A stretch of DNA of 64,000 nt from Candidatus Omnitrophota bacterium (GTDB taxonomy: Bacteria > Omnitrophota > Gorgyraeia > 2-01-FULL-45-10). Shown piece after piece: positions 17,457 to 29,827 of this stretch. Location of the stretch: positions 41,178 to 105,177 of the forward strand of contig JAPLME010000003.1 in assembly GCA_026387175.1 (NCBI GenBank), in the 5' to 3' direction. The position numbers and the translations under genes are program-made. The notes beneath the pieces were generated by a model. It saw only the letters and a list, made by a program, of their open reading frames with translations. It was not told the DNA's origin and ran no database searches. Position 1 is the stretch's first letter. Each line of letters opens with the position of its first letter.

Positions 17457-18566
17457 TTATCTCTTCCATATCCCTTCGAGGTTATAACCGCAATAATTAC
17501 ACTTTCCATCTTTGATGCCGTCCGTCCACACCTGATAACCCAGCCTCTTTATGACGAGTTTTCCGCAAGAAGGGCAGTATGTATTTTCATGCTCGTTGCC
17601 GGGGACGTTGCCGATGTAAACATATTTCAGCCCCTCTTCCTTGGCTATCCGGTACGCCTCTTCCAGCTTCTCCACCGGTGTGGGCGGAAGATTCTGTAAT
17701 TTAAACGACGGCATGAACCTGCTGAAATGAAGCGGCACGCTCGAGCCCAGATTATCTTTTATCCACCGGCACATCGCCCTGATCTCTTTCGGGTCATCGT
17801 TCTGGCCGGGTATTATAAGGTTTGTGATCTCGAGCCACACCCCCTCATTCCTGATCGTCTTTAACGTCTCAAGCACCGGAGCCAATTCTGCCATAGCGCC
17901 CATCCTGCGATAAAAATCGGGATTAAACCCTTTCAGGTCGATATTGACGGCATCCATATACTTCAGAAGCTCTTTAAGCGGTTCCTGATTTATATAACCG
18001 CAGGAATGCATTCCATTCTTAAGCCCCCTGGCACGGGCAAGCTTGGCGATATCGAGCATGTACTCATAGAAGACGGTGGGTTCCGTGTAAGTGTAGACGA
18101 TGAGCGGCGAACGCGACTTAATAGCCTCATCCACCACTTTCTCGGGAGGAAGATCGTATGCGGTAACCTCATCGGGTTTTGATTGGGATATCTGCCAGTT
18201 CTGGCAGAACAAGCATCTCATATTGCATCCGGCAACCGCCAGTGAAAAAGCGCTCTCTCCCGGCAGGACATGAAAGAAAGGCTTCTTCTCGATCGGATCG
18301 ACATGCACCGCCACGGGATTGCCGTATCCCAGAGTGTAAAGCGTCCCATCCTTATTTACGCGTACGGTGCAGAAGCCCCTCTGCCCTACGTCGAGAACGC
18401 ATCTGCGCGGGCATAAGGCACATTGGACTATTTTATCCTTAACCTTGTTCCAGTAACTTGCGATGTGAGGTGCGTGACTTGAAAGTTCCTGGGCGGCATA
18501 CGAAATATTTACTGCGGGAATTACGACTAAAGATACGATGAGCGCAACCGGTATCACTCTTCTCAT
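17457..18566 (-). CDS. Radical SAM enzyme (PFL-activase-like / AmmeMemoRadiSam-type) with an N-terminal hydrophobic signal or anchor
   Basis: CNMRCLFCQNW is a CX3CX2C cluster; upstream Cys-rich CALCPRRC...C. N-terminus MRRVIPVALIVSLVVIPAVNISYA-AQ. Confidence 0.75.
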   Translation of the reverse strand: MRRVIPVALIVSLVVIPAVNISYAAQELSSHAPHIASYWNKVKDKIVQCALCPRRCVLDVGQRGFCTVRVNKDGTLYTLGYGNPVAVHVDPIEKKPFFHVLPGESAFSLAVAGCNMRCLFCQNWQISQSKPDEVTAYDLPPEKVVDEAIKSRSPLIVYTYTEPTVFYEYMLDIAKLARARGLKNGMHSCGYINQEPLKELLKYMDAVNIDLKGFNPDFYRRMGAMAELAPVLETLKTIRNEGVWLEITNLIIPGQNDDPKEIRAMCRWIKDNLGSSVPLHFSRFMPSFKLQNLPPTPVEKLEEAYRIAKEEGLKYVYIGNVPGNEHENTYCPSCGKLVIKRLGYQVWTDGIKDGKCNYCGYNLEGIWKR

Positions 18567-18585
18567 GATCGATCTCTCCGACAGG

Positions 18586-20268
18586 TTATTTTATATCGAG
18601 CAGCTCGAGCTGAATGGACTGGACGCCCTGCCAGTCATTGATGGACGGCACATAAGCTAAATCCGCTTTCTGGCCCGCCTCGGGCATATCGAACTTGTCC
18701 TTATTGAAGGTGATGGCTTCGCAGGTGATCTGTCCGTCGGTCACCCAGATCTTAAAACCCTTCTTTCCTATGGGGCGGGGGCCGTCCTTTATGGTGAGCT
18801 TACGGGAGACCAGCACCGGACGGGGGTTCTCTTCTCCGAATGGGGCGAGAGAGTCTATCTCTTTTATAACGCCCTCGTTCAAGCTGCTGAGCGGGAGATC
18901 CATATCCACATCGAGTTTTTCGCTGAATATGGATTCATCGGCGTCCTTTGCCGCCTCGGCATTTATCTTCTCCCTGAAACCGTCGATATTCTCTTTATCT
19001 ATCGTTATCCCGCAAGCCCCCTCGTGCCCGCCGAAGCCCGCCAGGTAATCCTTGCACCTCAATAGGTATTCGAAGAGATGAAAATGCTCTATACTGCGGC
19101 CCGAACCCTTCCCGAGTTTTCCGTCGAGCGATATCACAATGGCCGGGCGATAAAAGAGGTCCGATATGCGCGAAGCCACTATCCCGATTACGCCGGGATG
19201 CCAATTTTCGCCCGCGAGGACTATTATGCGGTGGTCCTTAAAATTAACTTCCCTTTCGACTTTCGCGAGGGCCTCTTCAAGTATTTTCGCTTCTATCTTC
19301 CGGCGGTTCCTGTTCTCCGTCTCCAGCACCTTAGCAAGCTTTACGGCTTCTTCAGCATTATCGCTAAGCAGGAGATCGAGCGCCTTCTGGGGCGAGCCTA
19401 TGCGGCCCATGGCATTGATCCTGGGGCCGAGCACAAATCCGATATGCCCGCTGGAGATATCCTTCGTGCCGAGCCCCGCGACATCCATCAGGGCCTTCAG
19501 GCCCGTGCGGCTGCGTGTGGTCAACTCGACCAGGCCATGTTTAGTGAGCGTCCTGTTCTCGCCCAGGAGCTGGGCAATATCCGCTACGGTGCCAAGCGCC
19601 ACCAGGTCGAGAAAGTCCTCGGCGAAATGCGGTGTCCCCTCATACAGAGCTTTTACTAATTTATACGCGATACCTACACCGGCCAGGTGCTTGAACGGAT
19701 ATTTGCAATCACTCTGAAGGGCGTTTATGACGGCCAGGGCCGCGGGCACACGGTCTTCCAATATCTCATGGTGGTCCGTGATTATAACGTCTATATCCAG
19801 CATCTTGGCATGATCTACCTCTTTAAATGAGGTTATACCGCAATCAACGGTGATTATGAGCGTTACGCCGTTATTATGCGCTCTTTTTATAGCCGCGTTA
19901 TTTAACCCATACCCCTCCTCAACGCGATTCGGGATATATGTATCGATTATAGCGCCGAGATTCTTAAGTGCTGAATAGACTATAGCGACGCTCGTCATTC
20001 CGTCCACGTCGTAATCGCCATAGACGAGGATCTTCTCTTTTTTTGAGATCGCCTTCTTTATGCGCAATACCGCCTTGTCCATATCTTTGAAAAGGAACGG
20101 GTCATGGCAGGACGCGAGCGATGAATTCATAAACTCTGAGGCGCTCTCTATATCATCTATGCCCCGGTTTACCAGTAACTGCGCTGTGACTTTCGATATA
20201 TTGAGGTGCTCTGAAAGGCTATTTTGCAGCGAGGGATGGTGATCTTTTATCCGCCATGTTTTTCGCAT
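18586..20268 (-). CDS. recJ: Single-stranded-DNA-specific exonuclease RecJ (DHH/DHHA1)
   Basis: VYGDYDVDGMTS and DHH motifs; 560 aa. Confidence 0.9.
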   Translation of the reverse strand: MRKTWRIKDHHPSLQNSLSEHLNISKVTAQLLVNRGIDDIESASEFMNSSLASCHDPFLFKDMDKAVLRIKKAISKKEKILVYGDYDVDGMTSVAIVYSALKNLGAIIDTYIPNRVEEGYGLNNAAIKRAHNNGVTLIITVDCGITSFKEVDHAKMLDIDVIITDHHEILEDRVPAALAVINALQSDCKYPFKHLAGVGIAYKLVKALYEGTPHFAEDFLDLVALGTVADIAQLLGENRTLTKHGLVELTTRSRTGLKALMDVAGLGTKDISSGHIGFVLGPRINAMGRIGSPQKALDLLLSDNAEEAVKLAKVLETENRNRRKIEAKILEEALAKVEREVNFKDHRIIVLAGENWHPGVIGIVASRISDLFYRPAIVISLDGKLGKGSGRSIEHFHLFEYLLRCKDYLAGFGGHEGACGITIDKENIDGFREKINAEAAKDADESIFSEKLDVDMDLPLSSLNEGVIKEIDSLAPFGEENPRPVLVSRKLTIKDGPRPIGKKGFKIWVTDGQITCEAITFNKDKFDMPEAGQKADLAYVPSINDWQGVQSIQLELLDIK

Positions 20269-20271
20269 AAA

Positions 20272-21159
20272 CTATTTTGCTTTAGGCTCTATATGCACCA
20301 GCACATCCGTAGTTTCCGGGATATTTTTCTTAAGGGCCGCTTCTACGGCGTAACAGACTTTATGGGCATCTTCGATCTTCATGGCCGCTTCGACCTCCAC
20401 GTGCAGATCTATGCAAATGTCATCCGGCCGTCCGCGCGTCCTTATCTTATGACAAGCCTTGACGCCTTTTACGGCCATCACTATCGACACTATCTTCTCG
20501 GAATCCGCTATCGCTACCGTATCGCATAATATCTTGGAAGCATCTTTAATTATCTCGAATACCGCGTATCCGATAAATATCGCAATGACAAATGTCGCTA
20601 TAGGGTCGATTATCGGGAAGCCCAACTTTATGCCTATCAATGCCACTATAACCGCTAGCGACGTATAGATGTCGGCCCTGGTATGCATTGAATCCGCGAC
20701 AAGCATATCGCTGCGCAGCTCTTTGCCCTGTTTATATTCATATTTCACTACCAGGGTATTTACCGCGATCGTGACAATCATCACTATAAAGCTTATCAGG
20801 TTCACCTGCGGCACTAATGGATGGAAGAAGCGTACGAAGCTCTCCCTTATCAGACTAAAGCATACCAGCATGAGAAGCGCTGCTATGCCCAGAGAGAAGA
20901 ACGTCTCGTATTTTTTGTGGCCGTAAGGATGGTCTTCATCCACAGGCCTGGCGGACAAGGCTATGCCTATAAGGCCTATTATATTAGAGGTACCGTCGGA
21001 CAGAGAATGGAAGCCGTCGGCCGTCATACTCTGACAGCGCGTCAGAAAGCCGATCAGCATCTTCGCCACCGCCACTGCCCAGTTCAATATCAGTACTATT
21101 ATCAGGACCCAGCGGATGCGATTGAAATTATTTTTACCGATTCGTTCTGTTTTTCCCAT
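20272..21159 (-). CDS. Cation diffusion facilitator (CzcD/FieF-like) transporter
   Basis: Six TM helices plus C-terminal cytoplasmic domain; HSLSDG motif. Confidence 0.85.
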   Translation of the reverse strand: MGKTERIGKNNFNRIRWVLIIVLILNWAVAVAKMLIGFLTRCQSMTADGFHSLSDGTSNIIGLIGIALSARPVDEDHPYGHKKYETFFSLGIAALLMLVCFSLIRESFVRFFHPLVPQVNLISFIVMIVTIAVNTLVVKYEYKQGKELRSDMLVADSMHTRADIYTSLAVIVALIGIKLGFPIIDPIATFVIAIFIGYAVFEIIKDASKILCDTVAIADSEKIVSIVMAVKGVKACHKIRTRGRPDDICIDLHVEVEAAMKIEDAHKVCYAVEAALKKNIPETTDVLVHIEPKAK

Positions 21160-21171
21160 GAAGAGTAACCT

Positions 21172-23403
21172 TTACTTCTTTTTTAATATCCTGACATGAT
21201 GCCATGATATTACCATGGGGCTAGCGATGTAAACGGTCGAATAGACTCCCGTAAGGAAGCCGACGAATATGCAGAACGAGAAGTTGTTCAGCACTTCGCC
21301 GCCGAAAACAAGGAGCGCCACCACCGCGAGCATCGTAACGCCGGTAGTGAGCACGGTCCTGCCCAGCATCTGGTTAACACTTAAGTTTACAATGTCGCTA
21401 AAGGTTCCTTTTTTGACAATACGCAAGTTCTCCCTTATCCTGTCATAGATAACGACGGTGTCGTTGATGGAATATCCGGCAATGGTAAGGAGCGCCGCAA
21501 CTATGGTAAGGTCAAATTGTCTGTGCGTAAATGCCATGGCGCCTATCGCGACAAATACGTCATGTATAAGCGCTATTACGCCAGCTATTCCGTATTTTAG
21601 ATCAAACCTGAACATAACATAGATCGCTATGCCGGCAAGCCCCAGGCAAAGACTTATCAGTGCGTTCTGTCTTAAGTTCCTGCCAACAGCCGGACCGACA
21701 CTTTCAACCTTCAACACCTGAAAGGCGTTATCCTTCAGCTCCTCCTTGAACGCATTGTTCATCTTCGTCGAAATATTCTCCTGTGTCCTTATTATGACCT
21801 CCCGCGGATTACCAAATTGCTGTATGGACGCGTCTCCGTGTCCTATGCCTTTCAATACACGCCTGACATCATCCATCTTCACCGGTTTATCGAACATCAA
21901 CTGCTCCAACGTCCCGCCCGAGAAGTCTACACCATAATTTTTATCGCCGCGCATCGCAAAGAGCACGATACCGCCTATGATAAATACTGCCGAAAAGATA
22001 TAGCATATCCTTCTCTTGCCGATAAAGTCTATCTTGGTCTCGGGAAAGAGCTGTAAAAATTTGAGTTTCATCAGATTGAACTGGTCGCACATCACTTCGA
22101 ATATGACCCGCGTGCACGTCACTGCTGTAAAGAGGTTTGCTATGAGGCCTATTGTAAGCGTAACGGCGAAACCTCTTATTGGGCCGGTTCCAAACTTGAA
22201 TATGAGAGCCGCCGCGACTATAGTCGTTAAGTTAGAGTCAACGATCGCGGAGAGCGCCCTGTGGTAGCCGGAGGCTATCGCGGCACGAAGAGTTTTGCCG
22301 AGCTTCAATTCCTCACGTATACGTTCATACACAAGGACGTTAGCGTCAACGGACATACCTATGGTCAATATCAAGCCCGCGATGCCGGGGAGTGTCAATG
22401 TCCCTTTAAATAGCGAAAGCGCCGCCAGTATGATAAGCACGTTCAATACCAGCGCCATATCGGCAACCACTCCCGCCAGGCGATAGTAGAATATCATAAA
22501 ACCCACAACAAGCAGAGTGCCGATGATCGCCGCCTTCATACCGCTCTTTACAGAGTCCGCTCCAAGCAGCGGCCCGACAGTCCTCTCCTCTTCCACCACT
22601 ACAGGCGCCGGCAGAGCGCCGGCCCTCAGGATAACGGAAAGGTCGTTGGCTTCGTTCACGGAGAAATTGCCGCTGATCTGGGCCTGGCCCGAAGGGATCG
22701 CTTCGCGTATAACAGGAGCCGATACCACCTTACCATCGAGAACTATCGCCAGCCTCTTCCCCACATTCGTTGCTGTCACATTCGCGAAGAGCTCCGCGCC
22801 CTTCGAGTTCAATGTGATCGATACGTAAGGCTCGCCAAAACCTCTCGAGCTGAATTCGGTCTTCGCGTTCACCAGAAGATCACCTGTAAGGCTGGCGTCT
22901 TTTGCAATAAGAAGGGGCTCTCTTCCGGCGCGCTCTCCTTCCAGATACTTGAGCTCATACCCTTCAACGGATTCTTTCGCGATAGCCTTCTTAAGGTCCT
23001 CGACATTGTCCGAGACTATCTTAAATTCAAGGTGCGCGGTCTTACCTATGATCTCAAGCGCACGCTCCCTGTCGGTGACTCCGGGGAGCTGAACTATGAG
23101 ATTATCTTTACCCGATCTCTGGATCGCCATCTCTCCCACACCGAACTGGTCTACCCTGTTCCGTATGATCTCCATGGCCCTGTCGATCGCGTCTTTTCTT
23201 GTTTCAAGAGGAAGCTTTGAAGTGTCGACCTTAAGCAGGACATGCATACCACCCTGTAAGTCAAGGCCGAGGTTTATTTTACCTTTTTGAATTAGCTGGC
23301 CGTCTTTATCCTTTATCGCAAAGGGAGGCCATATAAGATATATACATGCCGCGGTGATCGCTATTATTCCCAGCAGTTTCCACTGAAGACCTCTATTCAT
23401 CAC
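21172..23403 (-). CDS. secDF: Fused SecD-SecF protein translocase subunit
   Basis: 743 aa; 12 TM helices; periplasmic P1 domain; SecD and SecF halves. Confidence 0.9.
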   Translation of the reverse strand: MMNRGLQWKLLGIIAITAACIYLIWPPFAIKDKDGQLIQKGKINLGLDLQGGMHVLLKVDTSKLPLETRKDAIDRAMEIIRNRVDQFGVGEMAIQRSGKDNLIVQLPGVTDRERALEIIGKTAHLEFKIVSDNVEDLKKAIAKESVEGYELKYLEGERAGREPLLIAKDASLTGDLLVNAKTEFSSRGFGEPYVSITLNSKGAELFANVTATNVGKRLAIVLDGKVVSAPVIREAIPSGQAQISGNFSVNEANDLSVILRAGALPAPVVVEEERTVGPLLGADSVKSGMKAAIIGTLLVVGFMIFYYRLAGVVADMALVLNVLIILAALSLFKGTLTLPGIAGLILTIGMSVDANVLVYERIREELKLGKTLRAAIASGYHRALSAIVDSNLTTIVAAALIFKFGTGPIRGFAVTLTIGLIANLFTAVTCTRVIFEVMCDQFNLMKLKFLQLFPETKIDFIGKRRICYIFSAVFIIGGIVLFAMRGDKNYGVDFSGGTLEQLMFDKPVKMDDVRRVLKGIGHGDASIQQFGNPREVIIRTQENISTKMNNAFKEELKDNAFQVLKVESVGPAVGRNLRQNALISLCLGLAGIAIYVMFRFDLKYGIAGVIALIHDVFVAIGAMAFTHRQFDLTIVAALLTIAGYSINDTVVIYDRIRENLRIVKKGTFSDIVNLSVNQMLGRTVLTTGVTMLAVVALLVFGGEVLNNFSFCIFVGFLTGVYSTVYIASPMVISWHHVRILKKK

Positions 23404-23428
23404 TATCCTCCTGTATAAGTATAATGTT

Positions 23429-23701
23429 TTATTCCGAAGCTTTGCGCTTTATGGAAGCGACACTCGTTTTCTGGACCTCTACTTTTACATTGTCGTCCAC
23501 TTTCAAGGTAATGGTGGACTCCTTTACATTGGCTATTATGCCATGAATGCCACCGGACGTTATTATCTCATCATTCTTCTTCAGGCTCGCTATCATCTTC
23601 CTATGATCGTCCTGCGCCTTTTTCTGCGGGCGGATCAGAAGAAAGTAGAACACGACAAATATTAGAATGATCGCTATCAACTGCGATTGTACCGGATTCA
23701 T
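23429..23701 (-). CDS. yajC: Preprotein translocase subunit YajC
   Basis: 90 aa; single TM helix; LKKGDEIITSGG motif. Conserved tgt-yajC-secDF synteny. Confidence 0.85.
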   Translation of the reverse strand: MNPVQSQLIAIILIFVVFYFLLIRPQKKAQDDHRKMIASLKKNDEIITSGGIHGIIANVKESTITLKVDDNVKVEVQKTSVASIKRKASE

Positions 23702-23717
23702 CTATGCGCTCTCCTTG

Positions 23718-25893
<2,176 letters not shown>

Positions 25894-25943
25894 TCTTTCC
25901 TCAAAATCTCTCGTTACAGTTAAGGTGTATTCGAATCATAGTC

Positions 25944-26443
25944 TATACCTGACCCGAAGTTATGGTTCGCACTGAAAATATTTCCCCGAACCTTAACTGC
26001 AGGGCCGGCCTTTTGTTCAGCAGAAAAAGGGGAGCCTGCGGAACTCGGCCACCATAGGCGGCCTCAAATCCGCCTACGGTATTACTACTGCGTATTCCGC
26101 TTACAGTATCTATTATGACTAACTCCTCTTATCTATTGCGGACATCCTCGGCTCTTTTTAACCCTTTTTCCGCTTCTCAAAAAACCTAATATTTTCAATG
26201 TACTCACCTATAACTTCGGTTCAGGTATAATCACTGTTCCAATCTCACTCTCTACTATCCACTATAGAGATTTTTCGACTTCATCAGATGGCGGAACCTT
26301 GACAGGGCACCTGAAGCGACTGTCGTGCAAAATGCGATACCTTAAGGCGATATAGGCTTTATCATCGCATTTTCACCACAGCAAATTTCCATGCCTAATG
26401 GAAATTTGCGACAAGCGAAAGGTGCCCTGACAAGGTAACCGCC
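25944..26443. ncRNA. Candidate large structured non-coding RNA in a 580-bp ORF-free gap (two stem-closed domains, 25944-26229 and 26290-26443)
   Basis: Domain B is closed by a ~20-bp helix (GGCGGAACCTTGACAGGGCACC / GGTGCCCTGACAAGGTAACCGCC). It encloses a perfect 12-bp hairpin (GCAAATTTCCAT/ATGGAAATTTGC) and a 13-bp hairpin. Domain A is closed by TATACCTGACCCGAAGTTAT / ATAACTTCGGTTCAGGTATA. The family is not identified. Confidence 0.25.
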
Positions 26444-26473
26444 GGACTGGTGATGAGCCGAAAAATCTCGCCC

Positions 26474-27574
26474 TCAGAAAGTGGAACGTCTCATACCGAC
26501 ATTAAGCAGTAGGCCGACTGCGACAAGGGTCGCGAGAAGGCTCGATCCCCCGTAACTGACAAGCGGAAGAGGAATCCCCACTACAGGCATTAGCCCTATG
26601 GTCATTCCGATATTTATAATGACCTGCAGGCTCAAAAGCACCGCAATACCTGTGGCTATGCACTTCCCGTATCTGTCGCTCGTCAGATTTCCTATATTGA
26701 ATGCCCGATGCACAATAAAGAGATATAATAAAATTAGCGCGAGCGCGCCTAAAAATCCCCACTCTTCGCCTATGACCGAAAATATGAAATCCGTGTGCCT
26801 CTCTGGGATGAAATTGAGCTGATTCTGTGTTCCGTTGAGCCAGCCTTTGCCGATGAGCCCGCCCGAGCCCACCGCTATCTTAGACTGTATTATCGTGTAG
26901 CCCGCGCCCAGCGGATCGACGTTCGGATTTATGAATACGAGGAGCCTCTGCTTCTGGTAATCGCGTAAAAAATGCCAGAATACAGGCATACATGCCAGTC
27001 CAAGCAATATCGCCCATATAAGATATTTGGGCTTCGCCCCTCCGACAAGAAGTATCGCGAAGAATACCGGCACCAGAAGAAGCGCTGTGCCCAGATCCGG
27101 CTGCAATAAAACGAGCACAAACGGCACGGCAAATAGAATGAACGGTATTATTAAGCTTTCAAGCGATTCCATCGCGCCCTTCTTCTGTCCCACATAAGAC
27201 GAAAGCGCCAATATAAAACTTATCTTCATGAATTCAGACGGCTGAAAAGCAAATCCCCCTATCGAAAACCATCTCTGAGCGCCCAGCCTGATGTGGCCCA
27301 TTATAAGAACCAGCACAAGCAGCAAGATGTTGATTATGTATAATACATACGCGATATCCAAAATCTTATGATACGAGACCCTGATCGTTACCGCAAGGAA
27401 CAAGATACCGATACCCAGCCATGTAAGTTGTCTAAAAGCATAGCCTTCGTGTAAGGTAAGATTTTTCGCTTGAGTCGCGCTGTGGATGGCAAGAAGACCT
27501 ATCAGAAATATAACAAATGCCAGCGTAAGAAGGATCGCGTCAAAGTCTTTATATTTTCTTTTATCAATTATCAT
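26474..27574 (-). CDS. rodA: Peptidoglycan glycosyltransferase RodA (SEDS family)
   Basis: 366 aa; 10 TM helices. Follows mrdA in the mre operon. Confidence 0.9.
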   Translation of the reverse strand: MIIDKRKYKDFDAILLTLAFVIFLIGLLAIHSATQAKNLTLHEGYAFRQLTWLGIGILFLAVTIRVSYHKILDIAYVLYIINILLLVLVLIMGHIRLGAQRWFSIGGFAFQPSEFMKISFILALSSYVGQKKGAMESLESLIIPFILFAVPFVLVLLQPDLGTALLLVPVFFAILLVGGAKPKYLIWAILLGLACMPVFWHFLRDYQKQRLLVFINPNVDPLGAGYTIIQSKIAVGSGGLIGKGWLNGTQNQLNFIPERHTDFIFSVIGEEWGFLGALALILLYLFIVHRAFNIGNLTSDRYGKCIATGIAVLLSLQVIINIGMTIGLMPVVGIPLPLVSYGGSSLLATLVAVGLLLNVGMRRSTF

Positions 27575-29292
27575 AGATAGCCCCTCTGCTTAGCCTCCGC
27601 GAATATTCCGCGCGCTATCTCGGCAGGCTCAAGGCCTCCTTTGCCGCCATGTTCCAGGAATACGACCAGGCATACCTTCGGGTCGTTGTAAGGCGCGAAC
27701 CCGCAAAACCACGCATGCGTGCGGCCCTGGGGATTCTGAGCCGTTCCCGTCTTTCCAGCTACTGTCGCCCCCTCAAGTTTGGCGCGCTTCGCGGTACCGG
27801 ACTCATTATTCACAGCCTCAAATAACCCCATCCTCACAACCTGAACCGTTTCGTCTTTCAACCCTATGCTTTTCGGTTTCTGATTTGGCAGGTCGCTCGA
27901 ACCTACGCGTCTTACAAGGCGCGGCCGTACGAGATTCCCATTATTCGCCATGACTGCGGCCATCTCCAACACCTGAATCGGGGTTACCGATAAATAACCC
28001 TGTCCGATAGCATAATTCAGCGTCTCACCTTCATACCATATGCCTCTTTTGTGGAAGAGCTTCCATTCTCTGCCCGGCGCTATCCCGCCGACTTCGTCCG
28101 TCAGGTCAATGCCGGTAGGTTTGCCGTAGCCAAAAAGTTTCGTATATGATTCCAGCCGGTCGACACCGAGGGCCCTTCCCGTGTTATAAAAAAATACGTT
28201 GCAGGAATTCTTTATGCCTTCCACTACATTCTGTGAACCGTGCCCTCCGTCTTTCCAGCAATTGAATTGCGAATGGCCCAGCTTATAAAAACCGGGACAA
28301 AAAAACCTCGTATAGCGCGTTATCTTGTTCTGTTCGAGCGCTGCGCTTGAGGTGACGATCTTAAAGACGGAGCCCGGAGGATAAAGTCCTGAGATCGCCT
28401 TATTCGACATCGGGCGTCCTGTCTTATCGTTTAAAAGCTTCATCCTCTCTTCGGATGTGCCGCGTTCAACGAACACATTCGGATCAAAAGTAGGATGACT
28501 TGCGAGAGCCAGTATATCGCCGTTACGAGGATCCATTACCACTATCGCGCCCTTGCGGTCCCCGAGCAGCTTATCGCACGCGATCTGCATGGAAAAATCT
28601 ATGGTAAGCTGCAGGTCCTGCCCGCTCGCCGGCTCTTTCAGGCCCAGGACCCGCGTCTGATGGCCCCTGCTGTCAACCTCTATTTGTGTCCCGCCGTCCA
28701 CCCCCCTTAAGGCACTCTCGTAATACTTTTCCAGGCCGGCTCTGCCTATAAGGTCCTTCATTCTATAGCCATAATCTTTCAATGTCTCAAGCTCATTATC
28801 GGTAACCTCACTCAGATATCCGAATATATGGCTTCCGAAATGCTTATGAAGATAGTTGCGCCTGGATCTCGTCTCGATAACAATGCCGCTCACATCAAAA
28901 CCGGCTTCCTCGAGAGCAAGCGCCTTCTCTTTGGGGATATCTTCGGCTATAGTCACAGGCTCGTAAGACCTTCCGCTGGCCTTCTCGAACGCATCCATGA
29001 TCTGGGCGCCCGAAAGCCCGAGCTGATCGCTCAAAAGGCTCATCAGCTTCTTGCGGTCCCCTATCTCCTGATAAATTATTGCCGCGTCGAAAGAGAGCCT
29101 GCTCGTGACCAGCGGCTGCCCTGTCCTGTCGAAGATATTGCCGCGCGGCCCCTCTATCGGTATCACCCGTATCGAATTATTTCTTGATAGCTTTGCATAA
29201 TACCCATACATCAGGATCTGATTATAAAAAAGTCCTATGATAATCAGAACAAATAGAAAAGACAGCGCTGATATAAGAAAGCGGTCTCTCAT
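27571..29292 (-). CDS. mrdA: Penicillin-binding protein 2 (elongasome transpeptidase)
   Basis: SxxK, SxN and KTG motifs; N-terminal TM anchor. Confidence 0.9.
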   Translation of the reverse strand: MRDRFLISALSFLFVLIIIGLFYNQILMYGYYAKLSRNNSIRVIPIEGPRGNIFDRTGQPLVTSRLSFDAAIIYQEIGDRKKLMSLLSDQLGLSGAQIMDAFEKASGRSYEPVTIAEDIPKEKALALEEAGFDVSGIVIETRSRRNYLHKHFGSHIFGYLSEVTDNELETLKDYGYRMKDLIGRAGLEKYYESALRGVDGGTQIEVDSRGHQTRVLGLKEPASGQDLQLTIDFSMQIACDKLLGDRKGAIVVMDPRNGDILALASHPTFDPNVFVERGTSEERMKLLNDKTGRPMSNKAISGLYPPGSVFKIVTSSAALEQNKITRYTRFFCPGFYKLGHSQFNCWKDGGHGSQNVVEGIKNSCNVFFYNTGRALGVDRLESYTKLFGYGKPTGIDLTDEVGGIAPGREWKLFHKRGIWYEGETLNYAIGQGYLSVTPIQVLEMAAVMANNGNLVRPRLVRRVGSSDLPNQKPKSIGLKDETVQVVRMGLFEAVNNESGTAKRAKLEGATVAGKTGTAQNPQGRTHAWFCGFAPYNDPKVCLVVFLEHGGKGGLEPAEIARGIFAEAKQRGYL

Positions 29293-29314
29293 TCTGTCAG
29301 GACCTCACCAAAAC

Positions 29315-29827
29315 TCATAGATACTCCTCCGAGCCCCTGACCTTATAAACCTTCATCAGCTTAGAGAATACAGGGATAGAGATGATGGCCGTGTATATGC
29401 ATGTCGGTATAATAGAGCCGGCGAGATATTCGCTGAAGCTAAGGTAGATCCATTTTGAGAATATAGATACGATCATGAAGTGAAGTATCATGGAAAACGC
29501 TGTAAGAAGCACCACCAATAGGATCTGTGTTTTTTTAGACTCTCTTGAGAACCGGGCTCCAGCGAGGCCCGCGAGGTAACCGGTAATGGCAAAGACGAAA
29601 ACGTTGATCCCGAAGAAATCCAGCGCGAATAAGTCTTTAAAGAGACCCGCCGCAAAGCCTGATTCCAATCCGGTCCCCCGCCCCAGAAATAGCCCAAAAA
29701 ATATTACAATAATGAGAAGAAGGTCCGGTTTAACTCCTGATATTTTAATATAGTCCAGGACCGTCAGATGCAGGATAAGGGCCAGCGCCAGAATAAAGCA
29801 TATCTGAAGCCTGCTTATTTTATACAC
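29315..29827 (-). CDS. mreD: Rod shape-determining protein MreD
   Basis: 170 aa polytopic membrane protein immediately after mreC. Confidence 0.7.
   Translation of the reverse strand: MYKISRLQICFILALALILHLTVLDYIKISGVKPDLLLIIVIFFGLFLGRGTGLESGFAAGLFKDLFALDFFGINVFVFAITGYLAGLAGARFSRESKKTQILLVVLLTAFSMILHFMIVSIFSKWIYLSFSEYLAGSIIPTCIYTAIISIPVFSKLMKVYKVRGSEEYL

Noticed and set aside
25921-25940. GTATTCGAATCA resembling a tRNA T-loop (GGTTCGAATCC)
   Set aside because: No acceptor-stem or anticodon-arm complementarity around it. The match is imperfect, so it was not called as a tRNA.
26502-26762. 86-aa ORF at 26502-26762 (minus) within rodA
   Set aside because: It sits in an alternative frame of the rodA SEDS gene, has an Arg/Cys-rich low-complexity product, and has no independent signals.
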